DNA of 64,000 nucleotides from Vitrella brassicaformis CCMP3155 (taxonomy: Eukaryota; Protista; Chromerida): the NCBI GenBank assembly GCA_001179505.1, contig CDMY01000581.1:186001-250000 (forward strand), written 5' to 3'. Under the pieces are notes generated by a model. That model did not search any database and had not been told where the DNA came from. It saw nothing but the letters and a program-made list of their open reading frames with translations. Below are positions 37,701 to 49,273 of this stretch, piece by piece. Positions within the stretch are counted from its first letter, which is position 1, and each line of letters opens with the position of its first letter. The translations under genes and the position numbers were made by a program.

Positions 37701-40700
37701 TCATCTGCCTGTGTGTGTGTGGTGTATAGGATGAACAAGGTGTTGGTGTTCACTCAGTTTCAGCTGGTGCTGGACGAGCTGGAGCGGTACTGCCAGTGGC
37801 GGGGCTGGAAGTACCTCCGCCTCGACGGCAGCACTAATCGCATCATTCGCGAGCTCGACATACGCGACTTCAACTCGGACGACTCAGACCACCTCGTCTA
37901 CCTCATCTCCACAAGAGCCGGTCAGCGAGTGCGGAAGACTCACACATGACACGACACACATGGCACTGCGCACACACACGTGCATACATCGGTGTGGTGT
38001 GTGTCATGTGTTGCTGTCTGTCTGTCTGTCTGTGTGCAGGGGGGTTGGGCATCAATTTGGTGACGGCCAACCACGTGGTCATGTTTGACGAGGACTGGAA
38101 CCCCTTCGTAGACATGCAGGCCATCGACCGGTCAGCCAGCGGCCCAACCCCTTCTTCGACACAGAAACACGCTCTCACTCCATCGCCTGTGTGTTCTTCT
38201 CCTCTCCTCCCTCCCTCGTTCATTCAGTGCTCACCGCATCGGTCAGCTGCGCCCCGTGACAGTGCACAATTTGGTGACCGAGTGGAGCATCGAGGAGCGC
38301 ATGGCGTTCCGCCGCGAGCAGAAGCTGCGCCTCGACAAGCTCGTCGTCAAGGCACAGCGCGACCGCAAGGTCCTCGGTGACGAGGGCGGCGATGTGATAG
38401 CCGAGGAGGAGGAGGCCGCCGCCCACGACGAGAAGCTCAGCTCCAACGAGATCAGCCGGCTGCTGCTCCACGGCGCAGAGGTGCTCAAGGCCTTCTGTGG
38501 CGAGGACATGACCTCCGCCAAGCTGGAGGAGTTCGTTGGCCGGGAGCGGCGCGTGCTGCCCTCCACACTGGCCCCCGAGGAGCCCGACGACGACGCCATG
38601 CTCAGGGAGTTCGCCGAGGAGGGGGCCGAGGACAACGGCAACGGCTATAACAATGGCCGTGTCGGCCGCATCTCCACCAAACAGATGATGAAGGTCTTCG
38701 ACGAGGCAGCCGACGTGCCTGACAGGGAGGGGGGCGGCACCGACCCCCTCCCATCGCCCCAGGAGGACGTCGGCGAGGCGGTGGGCGGCACAGACGCCAG
38801 GGTCCAGGCGGCGGCGGCAGCAGCTGCTGCCGCAGCCGCAGCACCAGCGGCCGACCAGCCGTCGATGGACCACACCCAGGCTGGTGGTGCGGCCATCAGT
38901 TTGGGCAACGTGGTGTTCGGCACGCGTGTGCGTCGGAAGGCCAAGGAGCTGTACATCCCGCCTGACTTCGTCAAGGAGGACCGCAAGAAGAAGCCGGAGC
39001 TCAAGCACGAGCACAAGTGCTTCATGTGCGGGGAGGGGGGCGACCTCGTGCTGTGTGACAGGTGCCCAAAGGCATACCACCTCGAGTGCGTCAACCTCAC
39101 AGAAGTGCCAAAGGGACAATGGTTCTGCCCCTGGCATGAGTGGTACGCACGCGGAGGGAGGGAGGGAGGGAGGGGCTGACAGACAGACAGACATACACGT
39201 CGTTCGCTCACCCCACCCTGTGCTGCTGGGGTGTTTGTTATTATTCCTGTGTGCACCTCCCTCAGCAATGAGTGTGGCCGTCGTGCGTCCAAGGCTGGCG
39301 GCATGCTTATCCACTGCCAGGACTGCGCACTGTCGTACTGCTTCGACTGCTTCCCGGACGAATTCAGGTAAAGTGTCAGCCAGACAACAAGGCACAATAC
39401 GGGCACAAAGTCCCCCTGTCTGTCATCTCCCCTTCCGATTCCTCCCTTTGTGTGTCCCTCCCTCCCTTCCTCCCTTCCCAAGGCGAGTGGTGCCTGAGGC
39501 GTCGTTCTTCCGGAAGCTGCATCGCAGCAACTGGCATGTCGACCCCAAGACCATGATCTTCTTCGTCTGCAACATCTGCAGGTGGGTGGGCCTCACAGAC
39601 ACTTACTTGGACAGACAGAGATGACATGCATGGCACGCACCTTCATGTGTGTGTGGGTATGCACTCGTTCGTTCGTTCGTGTGTGTGTGTGTTTAGGAGC
39701 TACCGTGAGGTTGAGCGTCGGAAGAAGATGAAGCAGTCGGAGCTCGACGAGGAGCGGCGGAAGCAGCGGGAGCTCAACCAGGCCGGACGAGAGGAGATGA
39801 ACAAAGACAAGGAGAAACGCAAGTACGGACACACACACACCACATCCAACGAAATGAATGAACACCCCACACACATACACCCAGCCCACCTCCCTCTGTG
39901 TGGTGTGTGCCGTGACAACGGGTCGATCTGCAGCGAGGAGCGTCAGCGTCTGCTCAAGGAGTCCAAGGAATCCAAGGCCATCAAATCGGTACCGTACGCA
40001 CGTCACGCGACTCGACGCCATGTGTGGTTAGACCATGCCATGCCTGAGTGTGTGGTCGGTTGGGTGGATGCGATGCCTTCATTCAGGAGTACGACAACCT
40101 GGGCAAGGACCTTCGCGAGGCCGGCGAGAAACTCATCCCCAAGTCACTCCTCGACGCTTACGAGGGGCGCATCAAAGCCGTGGTACGGACGGCAACAGAC
40201 TCACTCCAACACCCACACACACGCAGACAGACAGCCGAGACAGCCAGCCTCTCTCTGTGTGTCTCTGTCTGCCTGAGTAGGATGAGGAGCGCAAGAAGGT
40301 GCAGGTGCAGGTTGACGAGTTGAACGGTCGGATCAGCGCGGCCAAGGAGAAGGGGGACGACACCAAGGCCCTCCAGGCCGAGCTCAAGAAGCTCAAGCGG
40401 AAGATGCCTTCCAAACCCAACGGGCCAAACACATGGATGCACATCTGCTCCAACTGCAGCTTCCCTGGTCCACCACACCACACCACAGGCCACACAGCTG
40501 ACGTGTGTGCACCGCTCGCTCCCTGTGTGTCCGGTCTGCAGGCCACCGCACGGTCGACGAGTGTCCGTACGACCCTGAGTTTCGGTACAACAGGTCGACC
40601 AAGACGGACGCCGCCACTGGTGCGCAGCACGTCACCAAGAGCCAGAGGGTGTGCACCAAGTGCGGCAAGAGCACACACCTACGGCGCGAGTGCCCCCAGC

Positions 40701-41766
40701 TCGACGACGAGGAGCGGGCCGTCTACGAGCAGCGCCGCCGCCAGTGGCCGAAGCTGCTCGACCTCGTCCGCAACATGTCGCCCCTCAGCGCCCCCCCACA
40801 CATCGACCAGAGCAGATTCGAGAAGGAGAAGAAGAGCTACGTCGAAGCCCTGGACAGGAAGCTCCGCCACCTCATCGAGGAGGCCGGCCTCTTGCCCATC
40901 AACACGCCGTCGTCCGAGTCAGCAGCTGCAGCAGCTGCAGCAGCCGACGAGCAGCCAGCACCGGCGTCCAGTGCGGCAGCAGCAGCTGTCGCTGCCGGAG
41001 GGGGCCAGGTGGTGATCAGCGACGATAGCGAGGACGCCAAGCCTCTGCAGGCCAAGAAACCCTCACCACCCAAGAAGGCTCCTGCTGCTGCCGCTGACAA
41101 GGGAGACAAGAAGAAGGCCGAGAGGAAGCCGCGGGCCGCCCCGGCGGCGCGGAAGGAGGGCGGTGGTGGGGGTGGGCGGAAGGGTGCCGGTGGTGGTCGG
41201 AAGGCCATCTACCTGGCCCCAGCCAGGGTCATGGAGCACTTCATCGGCACCATCAAGGAGTACCATTCGAGTGGCCATGTGGGTCGCCCGGAGTATCACG
41301 TTTTTCTGTCCGAGTGCAAGGTTGAGGACGTCCGGCCAGGCTCCTGCAAGCTGCTCGACTCCCACCCCCCTCCCCCTGCCCCCATCCCTCCCGCCGTCCC
41401 CAAGCCCAAACCCAAGCCCATGGCCAGCACTGCCGCAGCACCCATGCAGGTCGAGGAGGAAGAGGTCGAGGAGATGCCACCTGCCCGCCCAGCACCAGCA
41501 GCACCACCACCACCCGCCGCCGCCGCCGCCGCCGCCGCTGCCCCAGCGAGGAACCAGGAGATGGCAGACCGCCCGTGGGCGGATGAGGCCAGGTGAGGAG
41601 GCTCATGCACACACCACGCAGAGTGGGTGAGGCAGTGACCGTGTGTTTCTGTCTGTGTGTGTGTGTGTATGTCAGCGACTCCGCCGATGATTCGCCAGAT
41701 GACGAGCCGCCGCGTGGGCCTGCGAGGGGTGCACCCGCGCAGGCGGAGCTCATTGAGCTCGACTGA
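31759..41766 (+). CDS. SNF2-family chromatin remodelling ATPase (ISWI/CHD-like) with multiple PHD fingers and CCHC knuckles
   Basis: Three N-terminal PHD fingers (CEIC...HWEC, CYVC...HLAC, CHMC...HARC). ATPase motifs [95 protein letters not shown]-terminal PHD plus Cys-rich module and two CX2CX4HX4-6C knuckles. Confidence 0.95.
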
Positions 41767-42144
41767 CCAGCCACCGGGCTGGCCCTTGGTGCTTCTCCCT
41801 CCGTGTGATGTACAGGTAGCCCTGCAGATCTGATTCGCGCGGCGGGTCCGATACATGGATGGACACACATGTATGTATGTCGCTGTATGGCTATAGATGC
41901 CAGTCAGTCATGTTTGCGAGCAGAGGTTGGTGCGTTAGCCATGCACGCGTGTGTCTGTTGTGTGGGCAGGTGGGGCTGGGTGTATTTATTGGGTGGCTGG
42001 CGGCTTGCGTGCGACACCGACGCAGCCAGCAAGCCGAAATGGACAATTTGACCGCTCTGACTTGGCGTCACATTGTCAGTCACATTGTGTGTAATTCAAT
42101 GCCCATTCAATGCCCCTTCTGGGCTGGTCCATCCATCCATCCAT

Positions 42145-43356
42145 TCACTCATCGTCTCTGTGCATTGCAAACGTGTCAGCATAGAGGTCCCACACCCCAA
42201 TTCTGCCACTCGCCCCGCCCGCAAAGAGCGTCCCATTCACAGGATGAAACACACAAGACGACACCGCACCCGACTCCAACGACACGTCAGCCAGGAGCTG
42301 CCGCGTTCTCACTTCATGTAGCTGTACATGCCCGTCCCAGCCCCCCGCAGCCACGATGGCGCCATCCCTCCGCACACAGATGCACCCGATCCCCAGCTTC
42401 TCGCTCACGCCACTCGGGAGGCCAGATCTGTCGCCTGAGGTGCCGGTGAGGGCGGGAAACCGCGAGAGCTCGGCTGCGTGGGCCATCTCGCCGGTGGCCT
42501 TGATTTTGATGACGCGCGTCTGGCCGTACTGGTTGGCCACCCAGCATTGGTTGAGGAAGCTCACGCCGCTGGTGACGGGCGATAGGCTGCTGGGGAAGGC
42601 CAATAAAGGGCTGTGCACGGGCTCCTTCGGCTGACGGACGTCCCACAGACACACCTGAGAGTCCTCATACGCAGCCAGGAAGGTGTGGTCCGCGCCGGTC
42701 TTGGGCGACGGCATCAGCGCCATGCAGCTGCCCTTGCCGCCCCGATGCTGCTCGTCTTCGCTGTGCTGCTGCTGCTGTTGCTGCTGTGGCCTCGTGAACG
42801 TGATTGCCGGGGCGTCCATCGAGCAGTGCCATTCCTGTGCCGCGGGCAACCTGCTCCTTAGATCATAGAGGCCGACGCTGCCCACCTCCGCTACAGGCGA
42901 CAAGACTGACGGCAGGCCGGCCGTGCCGTCCATCTCCCCAGAGAGCGGTACTGCCTGGGTGAAGGTGATGGCGTTCGTGACGACAGACAGAAGGCACTTG
43001 TGGCTCTCCAGGTCCCATAGCTTCAGCTGCCCCTCGCGGCCCTGTGTTAAGAGGGTGCTGCTGCCGGCCAGGTGATGGGCTGAGAGAGCCGCCACAGGTG
43101 ATGCCTTGATGGTCCAGTCCACTCGCCATTCGCCGAGGTCCCATCCATGCACGCGGCCATCCCCAGTGGCGGACAGCAGCTGCGACCTCGCGAACGATAG
43201 ATGGAAGACTCTCGCTGTCTGGCCACGGAGGACAAAAAGCGGCAGAGGCGAATGCCTCGCTGTTTCGCCTTGTGGCTGATCTGCATCCAAGTCACTGACT
43301 GGGATTGTGCATTCACTCCAGCGTGTTGTTGTGTGGGAGAGCTCTGTCGTCGCCAT
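42145..43356 (-). CDS. GNB1L: WD40-repeat protein, ASA1/GNB1L family; single exon
   Basis: PLPLFVLRGQTARVFHLSF, LLTQGREGQLKLWDL, AAYEDSQVCLWDVR and GIGCICVRRDGAIVAAGGWDG...RIGVWDLY match the family pattern. Likely ATG at 43356 (MATTELS). Confidence 0.8.
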   Translation of the reverse strand: MATTELSHTTTRWSECTIPVSDLDADQPQGETARHSPLPLFVLRGQTARVFHLSFARSQLLSATGDGRVHGWDLGEWRVDWTIKASPVAALSAHHLAGSSTLLTQGREGQLKLWDLESHKCLLSVVTNAITFTQAVPLSGEMDGTAGLPSVLSPVAEVGSVGLYDLRSRLPAAQEWHCSMDAPAITFTRPQQQQQQQHSEDEQHRGGKGSCMALMPSPKTGADHTFLAAYEDSQVCLWDVRQPKEPVHSPLLAFPSSLSPVTSGVSFLNQCWVANQYGQTRVIKIKATGEMAHAAELSRFPALTGTSGDRSGLPSGVSEKLGIGCICVRRDGAIVAAGGWDGHVQLHEVRTRQLLADVSLESGAVSSCVFHPVNGTLFAGGASGRIGVWDLYADTFAMHRDDE

Positions 43357-43380
43357 CGAGAAATCGGTTTCGATGGCTTC

Positions 43381-43608
43381 GGGTTTGGGTTTATGGGCTA
43401 GGGTTAAAACCCTGTACTTGTCCCAATGCCGCCCGCGGCCTAATGAATTAGGGCCGACGGCGCCGTTAACCGGAAGCCGTCGGCGTAGGACATAAAATAC
43501 ATCTCGACGTGAGATGGTAGAGTTTCGGGAAGAAAAAAAACTAGTAGTTCCGAGCTCATAACCTTTCAAACCCTAGGGGCTCGTAACCTCACACCCTAAC
43601 CCTAAACC
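43381..43608. promoter_or_regulatory. Cluster of telomere-repeat-like (telo-box) motifs upstream of ASA1/GNB1L
   Basis: gggtttgggttt at 43381, gggctagggttaaaaccctgta near 43395, aaaccctagggg near 43568, accctaaccctaaacc near 43593. Confidence 0.5.
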
Positions 43609-43740
43609 TTTTTGCGAGCTAAGCTTGCGATTGGAATGAATGCTCTGAGTCGTTGTTCGTTGGAAGATTAGAGGAGAATGTGGAGCGCGACCCATACGGC
43701 ATGCACTCGGCGCTCAGAGGAGTGATCGTCTGAGCCTCTC

Positions 43741-44111
43741 GTGCTCCCTCGGCGGTTTCATCTTCATGTCTGGCGCTGGCTCACCGCCGACAGACAACAG
43801 TTTCCCATCGAGTGGTACAGAAGCACCGCACACAACCGACAATCAGTCATTGTGCTTGACTCGCTCTCGCTCACAGAGGTCTCATCTGCTGTGCTGTGCT
43901 TTCCTGTGGGCCGTGTTGGCATTCAGTTGGTGTGCTGGGCTGTGCCCCGACGTGCCGACGACGACGCGGATCAGCATGACGTCACCGCCGAGCCAGCCAA
44001 GGTTGTGGATGTCAGCGACCCGCAAACCTATCAGGACCTCGCGACGCCCATGCCGGAGACCAGACAGGAGAACGCCACCCTCTACTTATTCAGATCCAGG
44101 CTGTAGTATGC
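43741..44111 (+). CDS. Possible hypothetical protein exon(s), cut by gap
   Basis: 121-codon ORF with protein-like composition next to the N gap; no recognisable motif. Confidence 0.25.
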
Positions 44112-44411
44112 NNNNNNNNNNNNNNNNNNNNNNNNNNNNNNNNNNNNNNNNNNNNNNNNNNNNNNNNNNNNNNNNNNNNNNNNNNNNNNNNNNNNNNNNN
44201 NNNNNNNNNNNNNNNNNNNNNNNNNNNNNNNNNNNNNNNNNNNNNNNNNNNNNNNNNNNNNNNNNNNNNNNNNNNNNNNNNNNNNNNNNNNNNNNNNNNN
44301 NNNNNNNNNNNNNNNNNNNNNNNNNNNNNNNNNNNNNNNNNNNNNNNNNNNNNNNNNNNNNNNNNNNNNNNNNNNNNNNNNNNNNNNNNNNNNNNNNNNN
44401 NNNNNNNNNNN
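44112..44411. other. Assembly gap (300 N)
   Basis: Run of N. Confidence 1.
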
Positions 44412-45218
44412 TGACTTGAATAGAGAAGCAGTGCGTGTCTGCTTTCGCGGGTCTGTCCATGATGGTAGTGTTATACATAGTGGCGTGTCTTGTGTGTCTG
44501 AATAAACAGCTCTCGTGTCTGTTCATGATGTTGTTAATGTACATGCTGACTTGTCTTGTGTCTCGGAATAGACGGCTCTTTTGAAGGGCTGTCGACGCTT
44601 CATGTATTGCATGCCCCTCGAGGTTCCGGTGGCGTGTTCCCGGTACGTTGCTTTCCTTCCCTTATTCTTCCCCAAACCCTAGACCTTCGTGCTAGCTATA
44701 TCCGCTGTCCGCCGTGCAGTCCAGCTATACTACACAAGAAAAGACTACACAAGTCTCGATGCACCGACTACTAGGTATGATGATTGATGTGAAACGATGC
44801 GCCGGGGGCCACGCACGCGTTGGTCCACGGCACGAACAAACATGAACAGTCGATCGTGATGAAAAAACGAGCTACAGACACTCAAATGGACGAACGATGC
44901 TCCTGAGAAACCCACGTGAATGCAATGGACAGACATGCAGACTGACAGACAGACAGCCAACCAGCACGGTGGATACATCCAGGCCAATCAACACACACTA
45001 TCTCCACACGGCTACCCACAGGGGGGCACCCTCAGAAAAAGAGAGGCTCCCCAGGCACGAACATCCCAGCCCCATCACCCCAACGCCCCCATCTGATACA
45101 GCCAGTGCCACCGGCCCTTCCTGCTGGGCCGCCGCATACACCCACACACCGAACGAGCCAGGCAAACTGACTAGGTACTCCTCTATCATCTATCTACAAT
45201 CACACACGCGTGCGCACT

Positions 45219-46021
45219 CTATGCCGCACTCTGAGATGCATCAGCTTCAGGGTGGCCGCCCATGATGCTGAACTGTGCTTTCAGCTCTCTCGCATCATCT
45301 GGCCCAAACTGGTCATACGACAGTGCTCGCTCCTGCCAAAACTCAACCTGGCCGCGGATGCGCTCGTCGCCGTTGTCGTTGATCTCAAGCCATAGATACC
45401 CGCTGACGCTGAAGTCCTGCCACGCCCGAGGTGCAGCAGAGAGATATGCATACGAGGCGCGTCAGCTTTTCTCGCTTCTCACCTCATGGTCGTCTAGAAC
45501 GGTCTTGCCATCGAGCTCAAACTTGATGGCCTTCCTTGAGTTGCTGTACGCCACCTTACAGTGGAAGCCGTGACTCAGCCTGCGATTGAATCCCTCAGCC
45601 CCGGTCCACTTGAACTCGACCTTCTTGCCACTCTCACCTGCGTGACCCAACACAGAAAGGCACCCAGAGCGAAACAGACAGGTCATGGATGGTCTCTGTT
45701 CGTCGGCTCACTGGGCATATCGACAGCAAGCGTTGTGCCTGCAGGGCCTTCCTTCGGGAACCGCATGTTAGTCCCCACGTCATACAGGCCGCTCACCTGG
45801 CGGAGAGACGACAGCCAAAGTGCATCTTCTGGTCGCCCTCTCTTCAGTGAGTGCCATCAGAGATGCATCGCACTTACGAGGTCAGGATCCAGCTCCTCCA
45901 GCTCTTCGTCGTCTTCTACCGTCCACCTGGCTGTTCTGAGCTGAAAGATCCAGCGCTGCCCTCCCCTCCTGGCACCCACCAGCTCCTTCGTCTTGTCCGC
46001 GCTCTTCGACCAAGAACTCAT
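45219..46021 (-). CDS. Hypothetical protein of about 190 aa, five predicted exons
   Basis: GT-AG joins give MSSWSKSADKTKEL|LRTARWTVEDDEELEELDPDL|VSGLYDVGTNMRFPKEG...|GESGKKVEFKWTGAEG...DDHE|DFSVSGYLWLEINDNG...AA*. Confidence 0.55.
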
Positions 46022-46624
46022 CGCTGTACGGTAAAATCAAGTCAACCGACTCAGACCTGACTGCCAGACCTGACTGCGAGGTGTGTCGTCGCCATCGGGC
46101 AATCGGTCGATTCCTTCTGGGTTGGGGGCTAGGGTTTAAAACCCTGTAGCGAAACCCTGTAGGCCCTCTTCATCTCGATCTTTTGGCTTTTTGCCACCGT
46201 CAATACATCGTGGTGCATCAGGAAGGCGGGATCTGCTTGCCCTGTCCGCGAGTATCCTTTTTTGGGCGACCCCCGTTCATTCACCGAGCCCGCCCGCCGC
46301 TGCGCCGGTCTGAGAGGCGGGTCTGATGCTTCCTGGGAATCCCCCCGCCATGGGGCCGGTGGAGGCCGGCACGGCCAAAGGGGGCGTCACGTATCAGTGG
46401 ATGAGTAAGCAAACACAGCACATTCAGACAGCCAATCAATGGCAGCCACTGCGTCTCGTTCATGAGATGGCGGCTGTGTTATGATGTGTTGATGGCTGTC
46501 AGGTCAGGGAGGGGCCGTGTCGCCGTCTGGGAGACGGTCTGTCAACCTCCCCTCAGCAGTCCCGATGTCAGCAAGCTGCGAAAGCATCGATTCGTGCATC
46601 TCCCTGCGCGTGTTGCTCCGTACT

Positions 46625-46924
46625 NNNNNNNNNNNNNNNNNNNNNNNNNNNNNNNNNNNNNNNNNNNNNNNNNNNNNNNNNNNNNNNNNNNNNNNNNNNN
46701 NNNNNNNNNNNNNNNNNNNNNNNNNNNNNNNNNNNNNNNNNNNNNNNNNNNNNNNNNNNNNNNNNNNNNNNNNNNNNNNNNNNNNNNNNNNNNNNNNNNN
46801 NNNNNNNNNNNNNNNNNNNNNNNNNNNNNNNNNNNNNNNNNNNNNNNNNNNNNNNNNNNNNNNNNNNNNNNNNNNNNNNNNNNNNNNNNNNNNNNNNNNN
46901 NNNNNNNNNNNNNNNNNNNNNNNN
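46625..46924. other. Assembly gap (300 N)
   Basis: Run of N. Confidence 1.
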
Positions 46925-47461
46925 ATCCCTCAGCCCCGGTCCACTTGAACTCGACCTTCTTGCCACTCTCACCTGCGTGACCCAACACAGAAAGGCACCC
47001 AGAGCGAAACAGACAGGTCATGGATGGTCTCTGTTCGTCGGCTCACTGGGCATATCGACAGCAAGCGTTGTGCCTGCAGGGCCTTCCTTCGGGAACCGCA
47101 TGTTAGTCCCCACGTCATACAGGCCGCTCACCTGGCGGAGAGACGACAGCCAAAGTGCATCTTCTGGTCGCCCTCTCTTCAGTGAGTGCCATCAGAGATG
47201 CATCGCACTTACGAGGTCAGGATCCAGCTCCTCCAGCTCTTCGTCGTCTTCTACCGTCCACCTGGCTGTTCTGAGCTGAAAGATCCAGCGCTGCCCTCCC
47301 CTCCTGGCACCCACCAGCTCCTTCGTCTTGTCCGCGCTCTTCGACCAAGAACTCATCGCTGTACGGTAAAATCAAGTCAACCGACTCAGACCTGACTGCC
47401 AGACCTGACTGCGAGGTGTGTCGTCGCCATCGGGCAATCGGTCGATTCCTTCTGGGTTGGG

Positions 47462-47497
47462 GGCTAGGGTTTAAAACCCTGTAGCGAAACCCTGTAG
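47462..47497. promoter_or_regulatory. Telo-box-like near-palindrome in a divergent promoter (same element at 46127..46162 in the other copy)
   Basis: ggctagggtttaaaaccctgtagcgaaaccctgtagg lies between a minus-strand and a plus-strand start codon. Confidence 0.5.
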
Positions 47498-47660
47498 GCC
47501 CTCTTCATCTCGATCTTTTGGCTTTTTGCCACCGTCAATACATCGTGGTGCATCAGGAAGGCGGGATCTGCTTGCCCTGTCCGCGAGTATCCTTTTTTGG
47601 GCGACCCCCGTTCATTCACCGAGCCCGCCCGCCGCTGCGCCGGTCTGAGAGGCGGGTCTG

Positions 47661-49273
47661 ATGCTTCCTGGGAATCCCCCCGCCATGGGGCCGGTGGAGG
47701 CCGGCACGGCCAAAGGGGGCGTCACGTATCAGTGGATGAGTAAGCAAACACAGCACATTCAGACAGCCAATCAATGGCAGCCACTGCGTCTCGTTCATGA
47801 GATGGCGGCTGTGTTATGATGTGTTGATGGCTGTCAGGTCAGGGAGGGGCCGTGTCGCCGTCTGGGAGACGGTCTGTCAACCTCCCCTCAGCAGTCCCGA
47901 TGTCAGCAAGCTGCGAAAGCATCGATTCGTGCATCTCCCTGCGCGTGTTGCTCCGTACTATAGGTATCTGCGTGGTGAGGGGTCTGACTACCTGAAGCAC
48001 TACTACCCCCCGCCGCCCCACCACCCAGTGCCTGTCGGCCAGCAGCCCTTTGTCGGTCCGATGCCTCTCAGCGCCTACCTGCCCGAGGGGCAGTTCGTCA
48101 ACGGGCCATCGATTAGGGAAACCAAGTTTCAGAAGGGATTCTACCGCAGAACCAGACGTACGTATGTGCGTGAGACGCACAGATGGGCTGCTAGGCTGGG
48201 TGCTTGGCTGACGTGTGTGTGTGGTTGTGTGTGCTTGTGTGTTGATATGATTGCAGAGCAGATCGAGGAGATGCAGCGGCAGCAGCTGGGTGTGGGTGCT
48301 TCTTCATCGAGTGCGGTGCTACCGAGAAACCCACTCATACCGGACCAGCTCCCACCGCCGCCACGTAAACAAGCAAGGAGAGCAGGCGCGTTGCAGGGAG
48401 GCAGGCAGGCGACATTCTGTGTCTCTGTCTCTGTCTTGGCGGGGCAGCTGTCGGCATTCATCGGCACTCGATTGCGGGAACGGGTTACCTCCCGACATTG
48501 GCACCGTTCGGCGCTGCCCCAGAGAGGTGAGGGAAAGGAATGACAGTTGGACCGACGCACCAATCGGTTGCTTGGCTCCTGTGTGAGTGCAGTGAGCGTC
48601 ACGGGCGCAAGATGGTCATCCCGAATGTTGTGTTTCCGCATCAGGGGCACGAACAGGACGTGCGCAGGTACACAGCGAGGAGGGGGAAGAAGGGGGCCAC
48701 CTGTGTGTGTGGAATGAGACATGGTGGCCTTGATTGCATTGCAATGCATCCATATCAGACGGTTGAGTTTTGCGAGGTTCTACCAGTGGCACGAGAGCTC
48801 GCCGGCGCGGCAGGAACGGCTTGTAAATGAAGGACTCTGCCAGGTGAACATGTGTGCGCAGAATCAGAGGCCAGACGGCGCACAGAGGGGTGTGCATGAT
48901 ATATGTCTGATGCCTGCAGACGTTGCGTCAGAGTGCTGTGTTGGGTGACGGGAGCTACACGAGCAAAAGCGCCCGCAACGCATCCGAGGTACGTTTGTCA
49001 GCAGCAACCTGCAGGCTATGCGTGAGAGGAAGACGACGGCACTTGCCTTAAAGGCAATGTGGGATGGTTGCACATTCAGGGCGCGAAAGATGCCTTCATG
49101 CAGTTTCGTACCTAGTAAAGCAACCGAGGAGAGAGGGTGCTGCGGGCGATCGATGCCGACAAGCTCAAGACAGAGATGTCTCACATACCCTTTGGTTTGT
49201 GCTGCCTGCCTGCCTGCCTGTCAGTTCTGCCATCGGTCTGTGCGAGTCTGGAATGAGAGATACGATAAACTGA
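47661..49273 (+). CDS. Hypothetical multi-exon protein
   Basis: Short first exon (MLPGNPPAMGPVEAGTAKGGVTYQWM) spliced to RSGRGRVAVWETVCQPPL...HLPARVAPYYRYL...KHYYPPPPHHP, with further GT-AG-linked exons. The 3' end is uncertain. Confidence 0.5.

Larger units (their letters stand above)
45590..47959 (+). repeat. Identical ~1035-bp direct repeat (45590..46624 and 46925..47959) on both sides of an N gap; probable assembly overlap
   Basis: Constant offset of 1335 and no differences seen. Each copy ends or begins exactly at the gap. Confidence 0.9.

Noticed and set aside
43560-43610. Telomere or chromosome-fusion scar
   Set aside because: Only about two consecutive imperfect units in an intergenic promoter context, far short of a telomeric array. 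Treated as a cis-element candidate instead.
45590-47959. 1035-bp perfect direct repeat as a biological duplication or LTR pair
   Set aside because: No differences seen, both copies terminate exactly at a fixed-length 300-N gap, and there are no LTR termini or retroelement ORFs. This is typical of unmerged overlapping contig ends.
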